A DNA stretch of 49,035 nt from Nanobdellota archaeon (GTDB taxonomy: Archaea > Nanobdellota > Nanobdellia > Parvarchaeales > Parvarchaeaceae), in the NCBI GenBank assembly GCA_021818665.1, contig JAKATQ010000001.1:1-49035 (forward strand). Direction: 5' to 3'. Shown in pieces: positions 8,919 through 17,208 of this stretch (position 1 is its first letter; each line of letters starts with the position of its first letter). Under the pieces are notes generated by a model that did no database searches, was not told the origin of the DNA, and was given only the letters and a program-made list of their open reading frames with translations. The position numbers were made by a program, and so were the translations under genes.

Positions 8919-10337
8919 TCAGACGTATTTACTTTCTTTCTTACCGGCGTCTGTAAGGCCTACGAATGACGCGTTTTTTTGGAATTCCTGCAGGTTCTCC
9001 GCGTTTAGATACGTCATAGCCGACCTTAGGCCGCCGATTAGGTTATTGATTATCTTCGTCGCGCTTCCCTTGTACGGTATCAGCGTCTCGGTGCCTTCGG
9101 GCGTGTACTCTTCTATGTTGACAAGGTCCTGCATCTTGGACGATTTGTCAGCGAAAGCGTTTATCGATGCCATCCCCCTGTAAAACTTGTAATTAACGTT
9201 CGATTTCGTGACTATGCTCCCCGGGCTCTCGTCGGTTCCTGCCAGAAGTCCTCCAATCATCACCGTACCAGCCCCGGCTGCTATGGCTTTTGACAGATCT
9301 GCGGACTTTATTATCCCGCCGTCGGCCATCACCGGTACCCCATGACCGGCGCATTCCATTATGGCACTCAGCTGCGGGTAGCCGACACCGGCTACGGGTC
9401 GCGTGAGGCACGCGCCTCCCGGCCCTATGCCTATTTTTACGCAGTCCGCACCGGCCTTCTTAAGGTTCACGACACCTTCTTTTGTTGCGACATTGCCGGC
9501 TATGACCTCCACGCTGAACTTAGCCTTCACCGTCTTTACAACTTCAGCGGTTTTCTCCAGATATCCGTTTGCAACGTCTACGACTATGAAATCTGCGCCG
9601 GCCTTCAGCAGCGCCCCGGTCCTTTCGAGATAATCGTGCCCTATGCCTATAGAGCCGCCGACTATCAGTCTGCCCTGCCTGTCCTTAGCAGAAGAGCCGT
9701 AGCTTTCAGCTATCGTTATGTCTTTTGACGTTATCATGCCACAAAGTGCGCCTTCCTTGTCCACGAGGGGCAGCTTTTCTATCTTGTTTAAGAGCAGTAT
9801 CTTCTTTGCATCCTCCGAGGACACGCCCTTCTTGGCAGTAACGACGTCCCTCGTCATCATTTCTCCGACGCTCTTGTTTTCATCCGTCTCGAACTGAAAG
9901 TCGCGTTTAGTTATTATCCCGACTACTTTCCTGCCACTCACAACTGGAAAGCTGGTCACTTTCTTCTCGTCTATCAGCTCCCTTAGCTGCTTTAGCGTAT
10001 AGTCTGGCGGGACTGAGTAGGGTTTGTCTATCACCACGTTCTGCTCACGCTTTACCTTGGTTATCTCGTTAGCCTCGTCCTCTATCGTGTTGAAGCGGTG
10101 AATCACGCCGACGCCACCCATCCTAGCGAGCGTTATCGCCATGACCGCCTCTGTCACCGTGTCCATGTTGGCACTCACTATAGGGAGTGGTATCTTCAGT
10201 TTGTCCGTTAGGTAAGTCGACGTATCTGCGTCTTTCCTTGAAGAGACTCTGGAAACTCGCGGCACTAGGAGCACGTCGTCGAAAGTCAGTAACTGCTTTA
10301 TCTCCATAAAAGCCAAATTCTTTACGTATTTAGGCAT
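8919..10337 (-). CDS. guaB: IMP dehydrogenase with tandem CBS domains.
   Basis: [13 protein letters not shown] lies near the N-terminus. A CBS pair is inserted in the barrel. The catalytic loop is [12 protein letters not shown], and [17 protein letters not shown] is present. The track ORF begins at a TTG (10409). I prefer the ATG at 10337; an alternative ATG is at 10307. Confidence 0.9.
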   Translation of the reverse strand: MPKYVKNLAFMEIKQLLTFDDVLLVPRVSRVSSRKDADTSTYLTDKLKIPLPIVSANMDTVTEAVMAITLARMGGVGVIHRFNTIEDEANEITKVKREQNVVIDKPYSVPPDYTLKQLRELIDEKKVTSFPVVSGRKVVGIITKRDFQFETDENKSVGEMMTRDVVTAKKGVSSEDAKKILLLNKIEKLPLVDKEGALCGMITSKDITIAESYGSSAKDRQGRLIVGGSIGIGHDYLERTGALLKAGADFIVVDVANGYLEKTAEVVKTVKAKFSVEVIAGNVATKEGVVNLKKAGADCVKIGIGPGGACLTRPVAGVGYPQLSAIMECAGHGVPVMADGGIIKSADLSKAIAAGAGTVMIGGLLAGTDESPGSIVTKSNVNYKFYRGMASINAFADKSSKMQDLVNIEEYTPEGTETLIPYKGSATKIINNLIGGLRSAMTYLNAENLQEFQKNASFVGLTDAGKKESKYV

Positions 10338-10457
10338 TAAATAGTTTGCCACGCGATGAGGCTGTTGCATAATTCGATTGCGGACAGCCTGCGATAAGCG
10401 ATAAATCAAACAAATGCTTCCTATTCTGCATTAGGAAACACAAAAAAGGAGGCATTT

Positions 10458-10727
10458 ATGAATAAGAAGACAGTGAAAGGATTTAAAGATTTAGTACAGA
10501 GAAAACTGCAGTTTGTTATAGATGAAATGAAGAAAGTCGTGGGAGACAGTGTGATAGAGCTGCTGCGGATGAACAAAGAAAAGAGGGGAAACCCCTTTGT
10601 CTATTCTGAGACGGAAATAGTCAATGCCAGTGCTTTTAGGTTCCTTATAAAACAGAGACTGCGGCAAACAAATGTCTTAGTGAAGAATCTTGCGCATGAA
10701 AGCGCTTATATTCGACTGCCGCTGTAA
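10458..10727 (+). mobile_element. Truncated IS (IS5-like) transposase, N-terminal fragment only (89 aa, no DDE domain).
   Basis: EKRGNPFVYSETEIVNASAFRFLIKQRLRQTNVLVKNL resembles the conserved N-terminal RGRP(F/K)xYSdxxIxxxxxxxxxFxLxYRQxEGFxxxL region of IS5-type transposases. The ORF stops before any catalytic domain. A strong AGGAGG lies 6 nt upstream of the ATG. Confidence 0.4.
10705..10712 (+). promoter_or_regulatory. TATA box candidate (CTTATATT) 29-36 nt upstream of tRNA-Ala.
   Basis: Position and sequence are very similar to the element upstream of tRNA-Ile (TTTATATAA). Confidence 0.4.
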
Positions 10728-10740
10728 AATAGTGATTCGT

Positions 10741-10827
10741 GGGCCGATGGCGCAATTGGCAACGCGCTCCCCTTGCAAGGGTTTCCTGGAACGGGAGAGA
10801 CTGAGGGTCCGAGCCCCTCTCGGTCCA
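10741..10827 (+). tRNA. tRNA-Ala (anticodon TGC) interrupted by a ~14-nt intron in the anticodon loop (about 10778-10791).
   Basis: Manual fold. The acceptor stem GGGCCGA/TCGGTCC contains the G3:U70 alanine identity pair and the discriminator is A. The D-arm is GCGC..GG..ACGC. The anticodon stem is CTCCC/GGGAG, with its strands separated by CTTGCA + 14 nt + C. The variable loop is AGACT and the T-arm is GAGGG TCCGAGC CCCTC. Length is 87 nt, or 73 nt after intron removal. A T-rich tract (TTTGTTTT) follows directly. Confidence 0.8.
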
Positions 10828-10834
10828 TTTGTTT

Positions 10835-11103
10835 TCACTTGGAGTTCTGCAGCGACATTATCAGAAGCCCGTACTTTTCCATCGTCTTTTCGGCCAGAAT
10901 TTTATGCTCTTTATATGTACCGCATATGGTCATCTTGCGCTTTATTAAACGCCTGTGTACTGCTTCATGCGCGGATTCCATTCCATCATAAATGCATAAC
11001 TCCGGGGTTTGCACCTAAAAACATCGAGTTTTATCTCGAACATCTTCTTTCCGCTGAGGACGGCATTAAAGTGTTTTGGCCACGCTTTTTTCTCTATCTG
11101 CAT
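10835..11103 (-). pseudogene. Frameshifted DUF3850/ASCH-like gene.
   Basis: My translation gives MQIEKKAWPKHFNAVLSGKKMFEIKLDVFRCKPRSYAFMMEWNPRMKQYTGV* (11103-10945). In the -1 frame it continues RLIKRKMTICGTYKEHKILAEKTMEKYGLLIMSLQNSK* and ends at 10835. Joined, the two parts follow the DUF3850 pattern (W P x x F x A V x x G x K x F E ... E W ... Y T G R ... G y v v l). One missing nucleotide after ACAGG at about 10952 explains the break. Confidence 0.5.
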
Positions 11104-11167
11104 GCCGTTCGGAAGCCGCAAATATATTTAAACAATGCGGAACCTTAAAACACGTGTTTAAAATTTT

Positions 11168-11440
11168 ATGTACATGCCCCTTTTTGGAAGAAGACTTAGG
11201 AGAATAACGGCGGAACTGATAGCTTCAGCGGTGATAGTGTCTTTCTTGGAAGAATTCGCACTGATATATTTTGGACTTTTATCAATAACCGGTCTACCTG
11301 ATTTTCTGGCCATAAGTGTCATACTATCAGTAATAGAACTTGTGCTGATGTTCATGATTGAAGAATTCCTGATAGCGGCAAAGCACGAAGTGAGGCGACG
11401 TATGAATAGACAGAGTTCCCTCAGCAGACACCTGAAGTGA
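11168..11440 (+). CDS. Hypothetical small membrane protein.
   Basis: 90-aa ORF with an ATG start, two hydrophobic segments and a basic C-terminal tail. No recognisable family. Confidence 0.3.
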   Translation: MYMPLFGRRLRRITAELIASAVIVSFLEEFALIYFGLLSITGLPDFLAISVILSVIELVLMFMIEEFLIAAKHEVRRRMNRQSSLSRHLK

Positions 11441-11448
11441 CCGGCGGC

Positions 11449-12327
11449 TCAGCTGCTTGAAAATACTCCATCGGGAGGCAGCGATGTTATGCTAGTCTGT
11501 GACGGTGTTTGTCCGATAGTGGCTGTAACAGAGTATGATATAGTCAGGTAGGTGCCGTTCTCGTCCCTAGTGGTAGATACCGATGCTTGTATCGGCAGTC
11601 CAAAAACATTGGAAAAGCAGATGGAACCTGATCCTGACCGGAATCTTATGTCGAAAAGTGAGCAGCTCTGCCCGTTTATTGTCTCTGTGCCCATGAAAGT
11701 CGTCGGTGTGCTGGAGTTTATAGAGATGTTGGTGATCCCAAAGGTAAGTGCAGGGAACATATTCGATCCGAGTGCTACACGACGATTGAAAGTCTGACCG
11801 GGAAGGTAGTTGCAATATTCGATGTTGATATTGGCACTGTGATTCGCGAAGGCATCGCCATTAGAACATGATATATCTCCAGTACCATTGAATATCGAAG
11901 TTGCGTGGAAGTTGCCTGGTATGGAAGAGAGGTTGGGTGGAGCACCCTCGACAGGTGAAAAACGGAAAAGTGCCGCTATCTCCGAAAACGGCACAGCCAG
12001 CGCATATCTAGACAAGTTGCCATATACTGCGAATGAGATACTGCTGTTAATTCTTTCATTTATTTGAGTCGGCGCGCCGGAGGAGTTCGATGCTGTGTCG
12101 TTGAGCCTTAGGCTGTCAGCGTAAGTAATATTTATTGCATTCTGCTGTATCGATAAATTCTGCGCTGTCTGCATGACCTGCTGCCCGTTGATGTCCGCTT
12201 GGAAAGCCGAGCTGACGATTTGCGTATTCTGGCCGTGCTGCAAGTTAAGCACACCGGAGCCGTATACTGCTATGATCGCTACCGCAACAGCTATTATCAC
12301 TATGGCGGCTAAAAGCTTAGACTCCAT
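11449..12327 (-). CDS. Membrane-anchored secreted protein, Cys-motif family (paralog of 45477..46409).
   Basis: I use the ATG at 12327 (MESKLLAAIVIIAVAVAIIAVYG..) because the track start at 12417 is a TTG. The N-terminal anchor is followed by an N/S/T-rich ectodomain with many NxS/T sequons. Motifs shared with 45477..46409 are NITY, CSL, ICFSN..G.P and a C-terminal PPxG. Confidence 0.6.
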   Translation of the reverse strand: MESKLLAAIVIIAVAVAIIAVYGSGVLNLQHGQNTQIVSSAFQADINGQQVMQTAQNLSIQQNAINITYADSLRLNDTASNSSGAPTQINERINSSISFAVYGNLSRYALAVPFSEIAALFRFSPVEGAPPNLSSIPGNFHATSIFNGTGDISCSNGDAFANHSANINIEYCNYLPGQTFNRRVALGSNMFPALTFGITNISINSSTPTTFMGTETINGQSCSLFDIRFRSGSGSICFSNVFGLPIQASVSTTRDENGTYLTISYSVTATIGQTPSQTSITSLPPDGVFSSS

Positions 12328-12490
12328 AATCAACGAATGCGATAATGATTTAAATAGGTATCTAAGCGGCCGGCGTCTCCGAAAGATTAGATAAAAGCTG
12401 CAACGGTTCGAATGCAAAGGCCATCATCTCCTTTTGTAGAATGTCAATAGTAAGATAAGAACCTATTAGGCATCTTGTAAAGACAGTACT

Positions 12491-12766
12491 TTATTCACTA
12501 TCTTTACGTCTAGAGACGAGAAACCAAAAGCTCTTATAATACGGAAAGTCGCTAGGTTCGGGACCTCCGCCAAGACCAGCTGCTCGAAACAGTATATTGG
12601 AAGGATCGTATATCTGGTAATAATTGTGTACAAACGCTCTCTTCAATTGATTTAGAACGCATTTTACAAATAAGAACTGATTTTTAAGAAGTCCCTGATT
12701 AGCCCGTATGAATAGAACGGGAGAAGCTTGATTTGACAAACATGAATCTGATTCTGCTATAGCCAT
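12491..12766 (-). CDS. Hypothetical protein (orphan ORF downstream of tRNA-Ile).
   Basis: 91-aa ORF with an ATG start and no recognisable motif. It may be non-coding or a gene remnant. Confidence 0.2.
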   Translation of the reverse strand: MAIAESDSCLSNQASPVLFIRANQGLLKNQFLFVKCVLNQLKRAFVHNYYQIYDPSNILFRAAGLGGGPEPSDFPYYKSFWFLVSRRKDSE

Positions 12767-12881
12767 GCAATCCTTAGGATTCAGCGAGCGCGTTTCAACG
12801 TCAAAACGTTTCTCCTATCATGTTGATTCATTTGTTATAGAGATAATTATTTGTAAGAGACGCTTGCAGTTGGATAAAAAT

Positions 12882-12955
12882 TGGGCCGGCTGAGATTTGG
12901 ACTCAGGACCTTTCGATTATCAGTCGAACGCTCCACCGGGCTAAGCTACCGGCCC
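12882..12955 (-). tRNA. tRNA-Ile (anticodon GAT), 74 nt, no encoded CCA.
   Basis: Manual fold of the reverse complement: GGGCCGG TA GCTT AGCCCGGTG GAGC G TTCGA CTGATAA TCGAA AGGTC CTGAG TCCAAAT CTCAG CCGGCCC A. A T5 tract follows the 3' end. Confidence 0.9.
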
Positions 12956-12979
12956 ACAATTAGCAGAATAGTGCGGGGC

Positions 12980-12988
12980 TTATATAAA
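12980..12988 (-). promoter_or_regulatory. TATA box (TTTATATAA on the minus strand) 25-33 nt upstream of the tRNA-Ile 5' end.
   Basis: Canonical archaeal TATA sequence at canonical spacing. Confidence 0.5.
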
Positions 12989-13055
12989 TCCTATACATTA
13001 GGTACACCATCTCCGGTGGTATGAGTTAAATATAATATCTCCCCTCTAAGATTAC

Positions 13056-14507
13056 ATGGGTGGAGTAGAACTTACGATGGACGATCTTGTTGGAACCGCC
13101 GTAAAAAACGATGTTAAACGGCTAGAGGAGATACTTACGGAGGAAAATCTGACTGAATACTCTGCGGTAAGGCGCCTTAAACGTGCCATGTCCTATCTAG
13201 ATTATAACAATGCGTCGCGATTGTACGGAGAAAACGGCATTAAGCGTTTCTACGATTATGCGCTGGCAAATCCGACGGAAGGACCGGACGGGATTGAAAA
13301 TCTTGATCACGATGTCATTAACGAAAAAACGCGCACTTTTAAGAAGATTTTGTGGGGAGCCGCAGGATGGCTTGCTTACCCCGCAAAAATATTCTCAAAG
13401 GTCTACGACTTCGTCCTAAGAAAGACCGATAGCCACCTCTTTTCGTATGCTGTCGCAGGATTTTCTCTTTACGAAACACTATATTTATCCAGCACGACCG
13501 GATTTACTGCGCTGGCCTCTTACGAATACGGTCTGCCTTTCATATCAAATCTCAGTACATTCGTATCTGCAACTTTGCCGATTGCGCTGTTATTTGGTGC
13601 TGGAGAGGGGTTGGGTTGTGCCGGCTTTCTTCTAGGGAACGTCTCTGTACAACGCCGGCTCTACAATCCGTCGAATATCAGCACTGAGGAGATAGAAACG
13701 GATGTCAGAAGTCTATCTATAGATTTTATGGACATATGGCGAAAATACGACGATTTACTTTCAAAGGACCGTGGGAAAGCGGTTGGTCTGCAGAAGCTAG
13801 ATGCTGTCTACAGCATGGTGACTTCTAATATAAGTGATATAGACATGCCCAAGAAGGACTTTGTGGCGCACGAAGCCGCGATACTCCCTGCGATACAAAT
13901 GGCACTTGGTAAAAAAGTTTACGGCCGTAGCATAATACATCACTGTCCATCAGAGATAGGCGGAATTACACTTATGATACCCTCCGTAATAATGGGAAAA
14001 TTCTCTAGAAAACATGCGTATGGGCCGGTCTTTCTTAACAAGAAAAGGGCGAACCTCATGCCTAACTACGATTTTGCTTTAGCTCACGAATTCGCGCACG
14101 CTGCGGGGGCGGCTTCCGAACCCCTCGCGAACGTATATGCGTTGCGTGCCTTGGAGGAGATGGACAAAGAGTTCCCGTTGAATGGGTATGATCTTTACGT
14201 AGCCATAAATAAACTGTGCTTCGCTGCCGGGGCGCTACGGGAAAGATTCAATAACGAATCTGAGTTTTTCGTGAGACTCAAGGAACTCGGTGCCCCGAAG
14301 TTCTTGAAACAAACATTCAGAAGGGATTTTGACGGGATAACAGCGCCTACGCCCCCAATGTCTGACTTGTGCCAAAAAACCGCCGAATCGCGGTTTGCGG
14401 GCTTGTATATAGTGAACTCTTACATTGCATCTAAACTGGTAGAGCGCGGGAAGATAAAACTCCGTTCCGAAAGCCGGGACTCTAGCGCTTTAGAGCGCCG
14501 CCTATGA
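13056..14507 (+). CDS. Membrane-associated putative zinc metallopeptidase (DUF3810-like, HExxH).
   Basis: 483 aa. Several hydrophobic segments lie in the first half. ALAHEFAHAAGAASEPLANVYALRALEE has the HExxH..G...E..AN arrangement of DUF3810-type gluzincins. Confidence 0.5.
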   Translation: MGGVELTMDDLVGTAVKNDVKRLEEILTEENLTEYSAVRRLKRAMSYLDYNNASRLYGENGIKRFYDYALANPTEGPDGIENLDHDVINEKTRTFKKILWGAAGWLAYPAKIFSKVYDFVLRKTDSHLFSYAVAGFSLYETLYLSSTTGFTALASYEYGLPFISNLSTFVSATLPIALLFGAGEGLGCAGFLLGNVSVQRRLYNPSNISTEEIETDVRSLSIDFMDIWRKYDDLLSKDRGKAVGLQKLDAVYSMVTSNISDIDMPKKDFVAHEAAILPAIQMALGKKVYGRSIIHHCPSEIGGITLMIPSVIMGKFSRKHAYGPVFLNKKRANLMPNYDFALAHEFAHAAGAASEPLANVYALRALEEMDKEFPLNGYDLYVAINKLCFAAGALRERFNNESEFFVRLKELGAPKFLKQTFRRDFDGITAPTPPMSDLCQKTAESRFAGLYIVNSYIASKLVERGKIKLRSESRDSSALERRL

Positions 14508-15174
14508 CTTTCAGAGTCTTCGAATAAGGTTTCTCTACTAACCGATAAACCATTTCGAACGCCTTCGAATCATGAATGGCCCAAAAAACTAGGGCGGCTA
14601 TGCCTGCACTCAAAAATGCGCCTGCTAGTACGTCTGTCGGATAGTGTACGCCGACATATACACGTGAATAGCATACAAGGAGCGCTTCGGCAAGAAGAGG
14701 CGCCCATATCCAGTAGCGTTTTCTTAGCATCATAAAGACGGTCGCGGCTCCGCCAATGACAATTATGGCGTGGCCGGACGGGAACGAGGAGTCCGTATCT
14801 GGCGGCCCAGGCATAAGATTCACCGCGCCCTGTACTGTATAGAACGGCCGCTCTCTGAAATATACGGTTTTCATCGACAAGCCTATTGCTATCAGTATTA
14901 TGAACACTACTACGAGCATCAGCGCCGCTTTCTTTTCTCTCTCCTTACCGAATATCCACAGGATGGCGACGACTGGGATCCAAAAGTATTCACGGCCGTA
15001 TAGCGATAGGGCCACGAAAAACCCGTTCAAAGCTGGCATATTGAACGTCTGATTTATCGCAATAAATGCAGAGACGTCCCACGACGAGACAAACCCGAAA
15101 TAAACCAATATAAACACAAGTGCGAACGCCGCTATCAAAGCAAATCCCAAGAACAATGCTCTGTTTTTGGCCAT
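14482..15174 (-). CDS. PAP2-family phosphatase (lipid/polyprenyl-diphosphate phosphatase-like).
   Basis: All three PAP2 motifs are present: K..YFRERPF, PSGH and SRVYVGVHYPTDV. The protein is polytopic. I use the ATG at 15174 because the track start at 15189 is a TTG. Confidence 0.8.
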   Translation of the reverse strand: MAKNRALFLGFALIAAFALVFILVYFGFVSSWDVSAFIAINQTFNMPALNGFFVALSLYGREYFWIPVVAILWIFGKEREKKAALMLVVVFIILIAIGLSMKTVYFRERPFYTVQGAVNLMPGPPDTDSSFPSGHAIIVIGGAATVFMMLRKRYWIWAPLLAEALLVCYSRVYVGVHYPTDVLAGAFLSAGIAALVFWAIHDSKAFEMVYRLVEKPYSKTLKVIGGALKR

Positions 15175-15236
15175 CACTACATCTGGCAATACAGATTTAA
15201 ATCTCTTTCTGCACTATAAAACTTAGTTCGGACCGC

Positions 15237-15959
15237 ATGGAAAACAATCTGCTTAACATACCACACGAAAACGGCGATCTTGTAGATATAGACATCGGAG
15301 AGATAATAGACGAGTTTCTAGAAGAAGAAGCCCGGCCGAAAAGAGTCGGCGTCTATTTCCCAAGCGAAATCGGGATGTGTATAAGGAGGAGCTATTACTC
15401 CTACGGATTGCCTAAGCCGACAGAGCGTAGTGCGCTTAGGATATTTGCCCTCGGGAACAGCGTTCATTCATTCATAGCCGAGGCACTTAAGGCTTCCAAG
15501 GAGTTCTCGACCGTCGAAGAAGAGAAGCCGATAAAGATCCAGCATAACGGGCCGGACGGTTCGTTTTCTATATATGGGCGCATAGACGACTATGTCGTCA
15601 CGAAGGCTGGTTCCAAGAAGATAATCATAGAGGCTAAGTCCGTGGGGGACATAAACCGCGTAGAAAAGCCAGAGATGAAGCACGTCATGCAGATAATGCT
15701 CTATCTCGCGGCGCAGGAAGCCGATTATGGTATACTTGTCTATGCAGACAAAAAGAACCTCGAGATAAGACAATTCAGAGTCGATTATGATGACGGACTC
15801 TATCGCAAAGTTATGTCGCGATTCGAGGAACTGGATTCACACTTAAAACGCAAAAAGCTCCCTCGCGCAGAATACTATTTCGATGCAGACAAAGTGTGGG
15901 AGTGTAAGTATTGCCCTTATTTCCAAGACTGTATGCAGGCAATAGCCGATGACGAATGA
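15237..15959 (+). CDS. Cas4-like PD-(D/E)xK nuclease with a 4-Cys cluster (stand-alone).
   Basis: 240 aa. It has an N-terminal Cys (EIGMCIRRSYY), GRIDDYV...IIEAKS (D..ExK), QIMLY (QhxxY) and a C-terminal CKYCPYFQDC (CxxCx5C). This is the Cas4/RecB-like arrangement. Confidence 0.7.
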   Translation: MENNLLNIPHENGDLVDIDIGEIIDEFLEEEARPKRVGVYFPSEIGMCIRRSYYSYGLPKPTERSALRIFALGNSVHSFIAEALKASKEFSTVEEEKPIKIQHNGPDGSFSIYGRIDDYVVTKAGSKKIIIEAKSVGDINRVEKPEMKHVMQIMLYLAAQEADYGILVYADKKNLEIRQFRVDYDDGLYRKVMSRFEELDSHLKRKKLPRAEYYFDADKVWECKYCPYFQDCMQAIADDE

Positions 15960-16007
15960 CATTCTTGATAACTTTAAGTACCAAAGAAACCATACCGCTT
16001 ATATCCT

Positions 16008-17198
16008 ATGAGAAAAAATATATTCATAGAGCGCGCCAAGGGCAGACCGGTTGACGAGCAGAAGATAGAGATCGTGGAAAGAAAAGGCCTTGGACACCCG
16101 GACTACATAGCCGATTCCGTGGCGGAAGCGTTCTCGAAGAATCTTTCTAAGTATTATATTGCGAACTTCGGCAAGATATTTCACCACAACGTAGATAAGC
16201 TGGAGATAGTAGGCGGAAGCGCATCCACGGCATTCGGCGGTGGCACAATCGATGCGCCGATATCCGTGATATTCTCCGGAAGAGCGACTGAATTCGTCGA
16301 CAGCAAAAAACTTCCGATAGAAGAGATAGCCATAGGCGCATGCAAGGAGTGGCTTTCGTCCAACATGCGGTTTTTAGACCCTAACAGTATAAGATTCACA
16401 TTCGAGACCAAGAGTGGATCCGAGAACCTCGCCGGTGCGTTCAAACGCAAGGGCTCAATCGGCTCTAACGACACTTCTTTCGGCGTCGGATACGCGCCGC
16501 TTAGCAAGACCGAATCACTTGTATTCGAAGTGGAACGATTCTTAAACTCGAAGGATTTCAAGACTCGCTTCCCTTTTAGCGGAGAGGATGTAAAAGTGAT
16601 GGGCGTAAGGATAAAGGATAACATAGACCTGACGATCGCGATGGCGTTCGTAGACAGTTTTGTGCCTTCGGCTAAGGAATATTTTGACAAGAAAGCTGTG
16701 GTCCTCGACGCCGTGAAGCAGAGATTCGACCAGGGCAGTTATGGCAAGAAGCTCAAGATTTCCCTAAATAACATGGATTCTAAAAGAGAAGGTGAGGATG
16801 GCTGCTATCTAACTGTGACGGGCTCTAGTTCTGAACACGGGGACGACGGGGCTGTCGGTAGGGGAAACAGAGTCAACGGCCTTATAACGCCGGGAAGGCC
16901 CATGAGCCTAGAGGCTGTCGCCGGAAAGAACCCCGTCAATCACATCGGTAAGATATACAACCTGTTTTCGCACAAGCTCGCCAACGAGCTTAACGCGACT
17001 ATGGACGTACCACTCACCGTTAAGGCGGTAGGAAGGATAGGTTCTCCGTTAGAGAACCCTATAGCCCTGTCCATAGAAACGTATCGCGGCCTCGACAAGG
17101 AAAAGAAAGCGGCGATGAAGCGCCTTATAATCGAAGAACTAGACGGTATACGGTCTATAACTAAGGAAATACTAGAAGGAAAGTTGGCGGTCTGCTAG
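16008..17198 (+). CDS. metK: Archaeal-type S-adenosylmethionine synthetase.
   Basis: 396 aa. [19 protein letters not shown] lies near the N-terminus. [20 protein letters not shown] is typical of the archaeal MAT family. Length is typical. Confidence 0.9.
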   Translation: MRKNIFIERAKGRPVDEQKIEIVERKGLGHPDYIADSVAEAFSKNLSKYYIANFGKIFHHNVDKLEIVGGSASTAFGGGTIDAPISVIFSGRATEFVDSKKLPIEEIAIGACKEWLSSNMRFLDPNSIRFTFETKSGSENLAGAFKRKGSIGSNDTSFGVGYAPLSKTESLVFEVERFLNSKDFKTRFPFSGEDVKVMGVRIKDNIDLTIAMAFVDSFVPSAKEYFDKKAVVLDAVKQRFDQGSYGKKLKISLNNMDSKREGEDGCYLTVTGSSSEHGDDGAVGRGNRVNGLITPGRPMSLEAVAGKNPVNHIGKIYNLFSHKLANELNATMDVPLTVKAVGRIGSPLENPIALSIETYRGLDKEKKAAMKRLIIEELDGIRSITKEILEGKLAVC

Positions 17199-17208
17199 CT
17201 TAAGCAGT

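Noticed and set aside
10690-11148. A 152-aa plus-strand ORF.
   Set aside because: It runs straight through the tRNA-Ala gene and is antisense to the DUF3850 remnant. Nothing in it resembles a protein family.
12491-12766. The 91-aa ORF downstream of tRNA-Ile as a second integrase remnant.
   Set aside because: I could find no recombinase-like motif in any frame by eye. It is kept only as a low-confidence hypothetical ORF.
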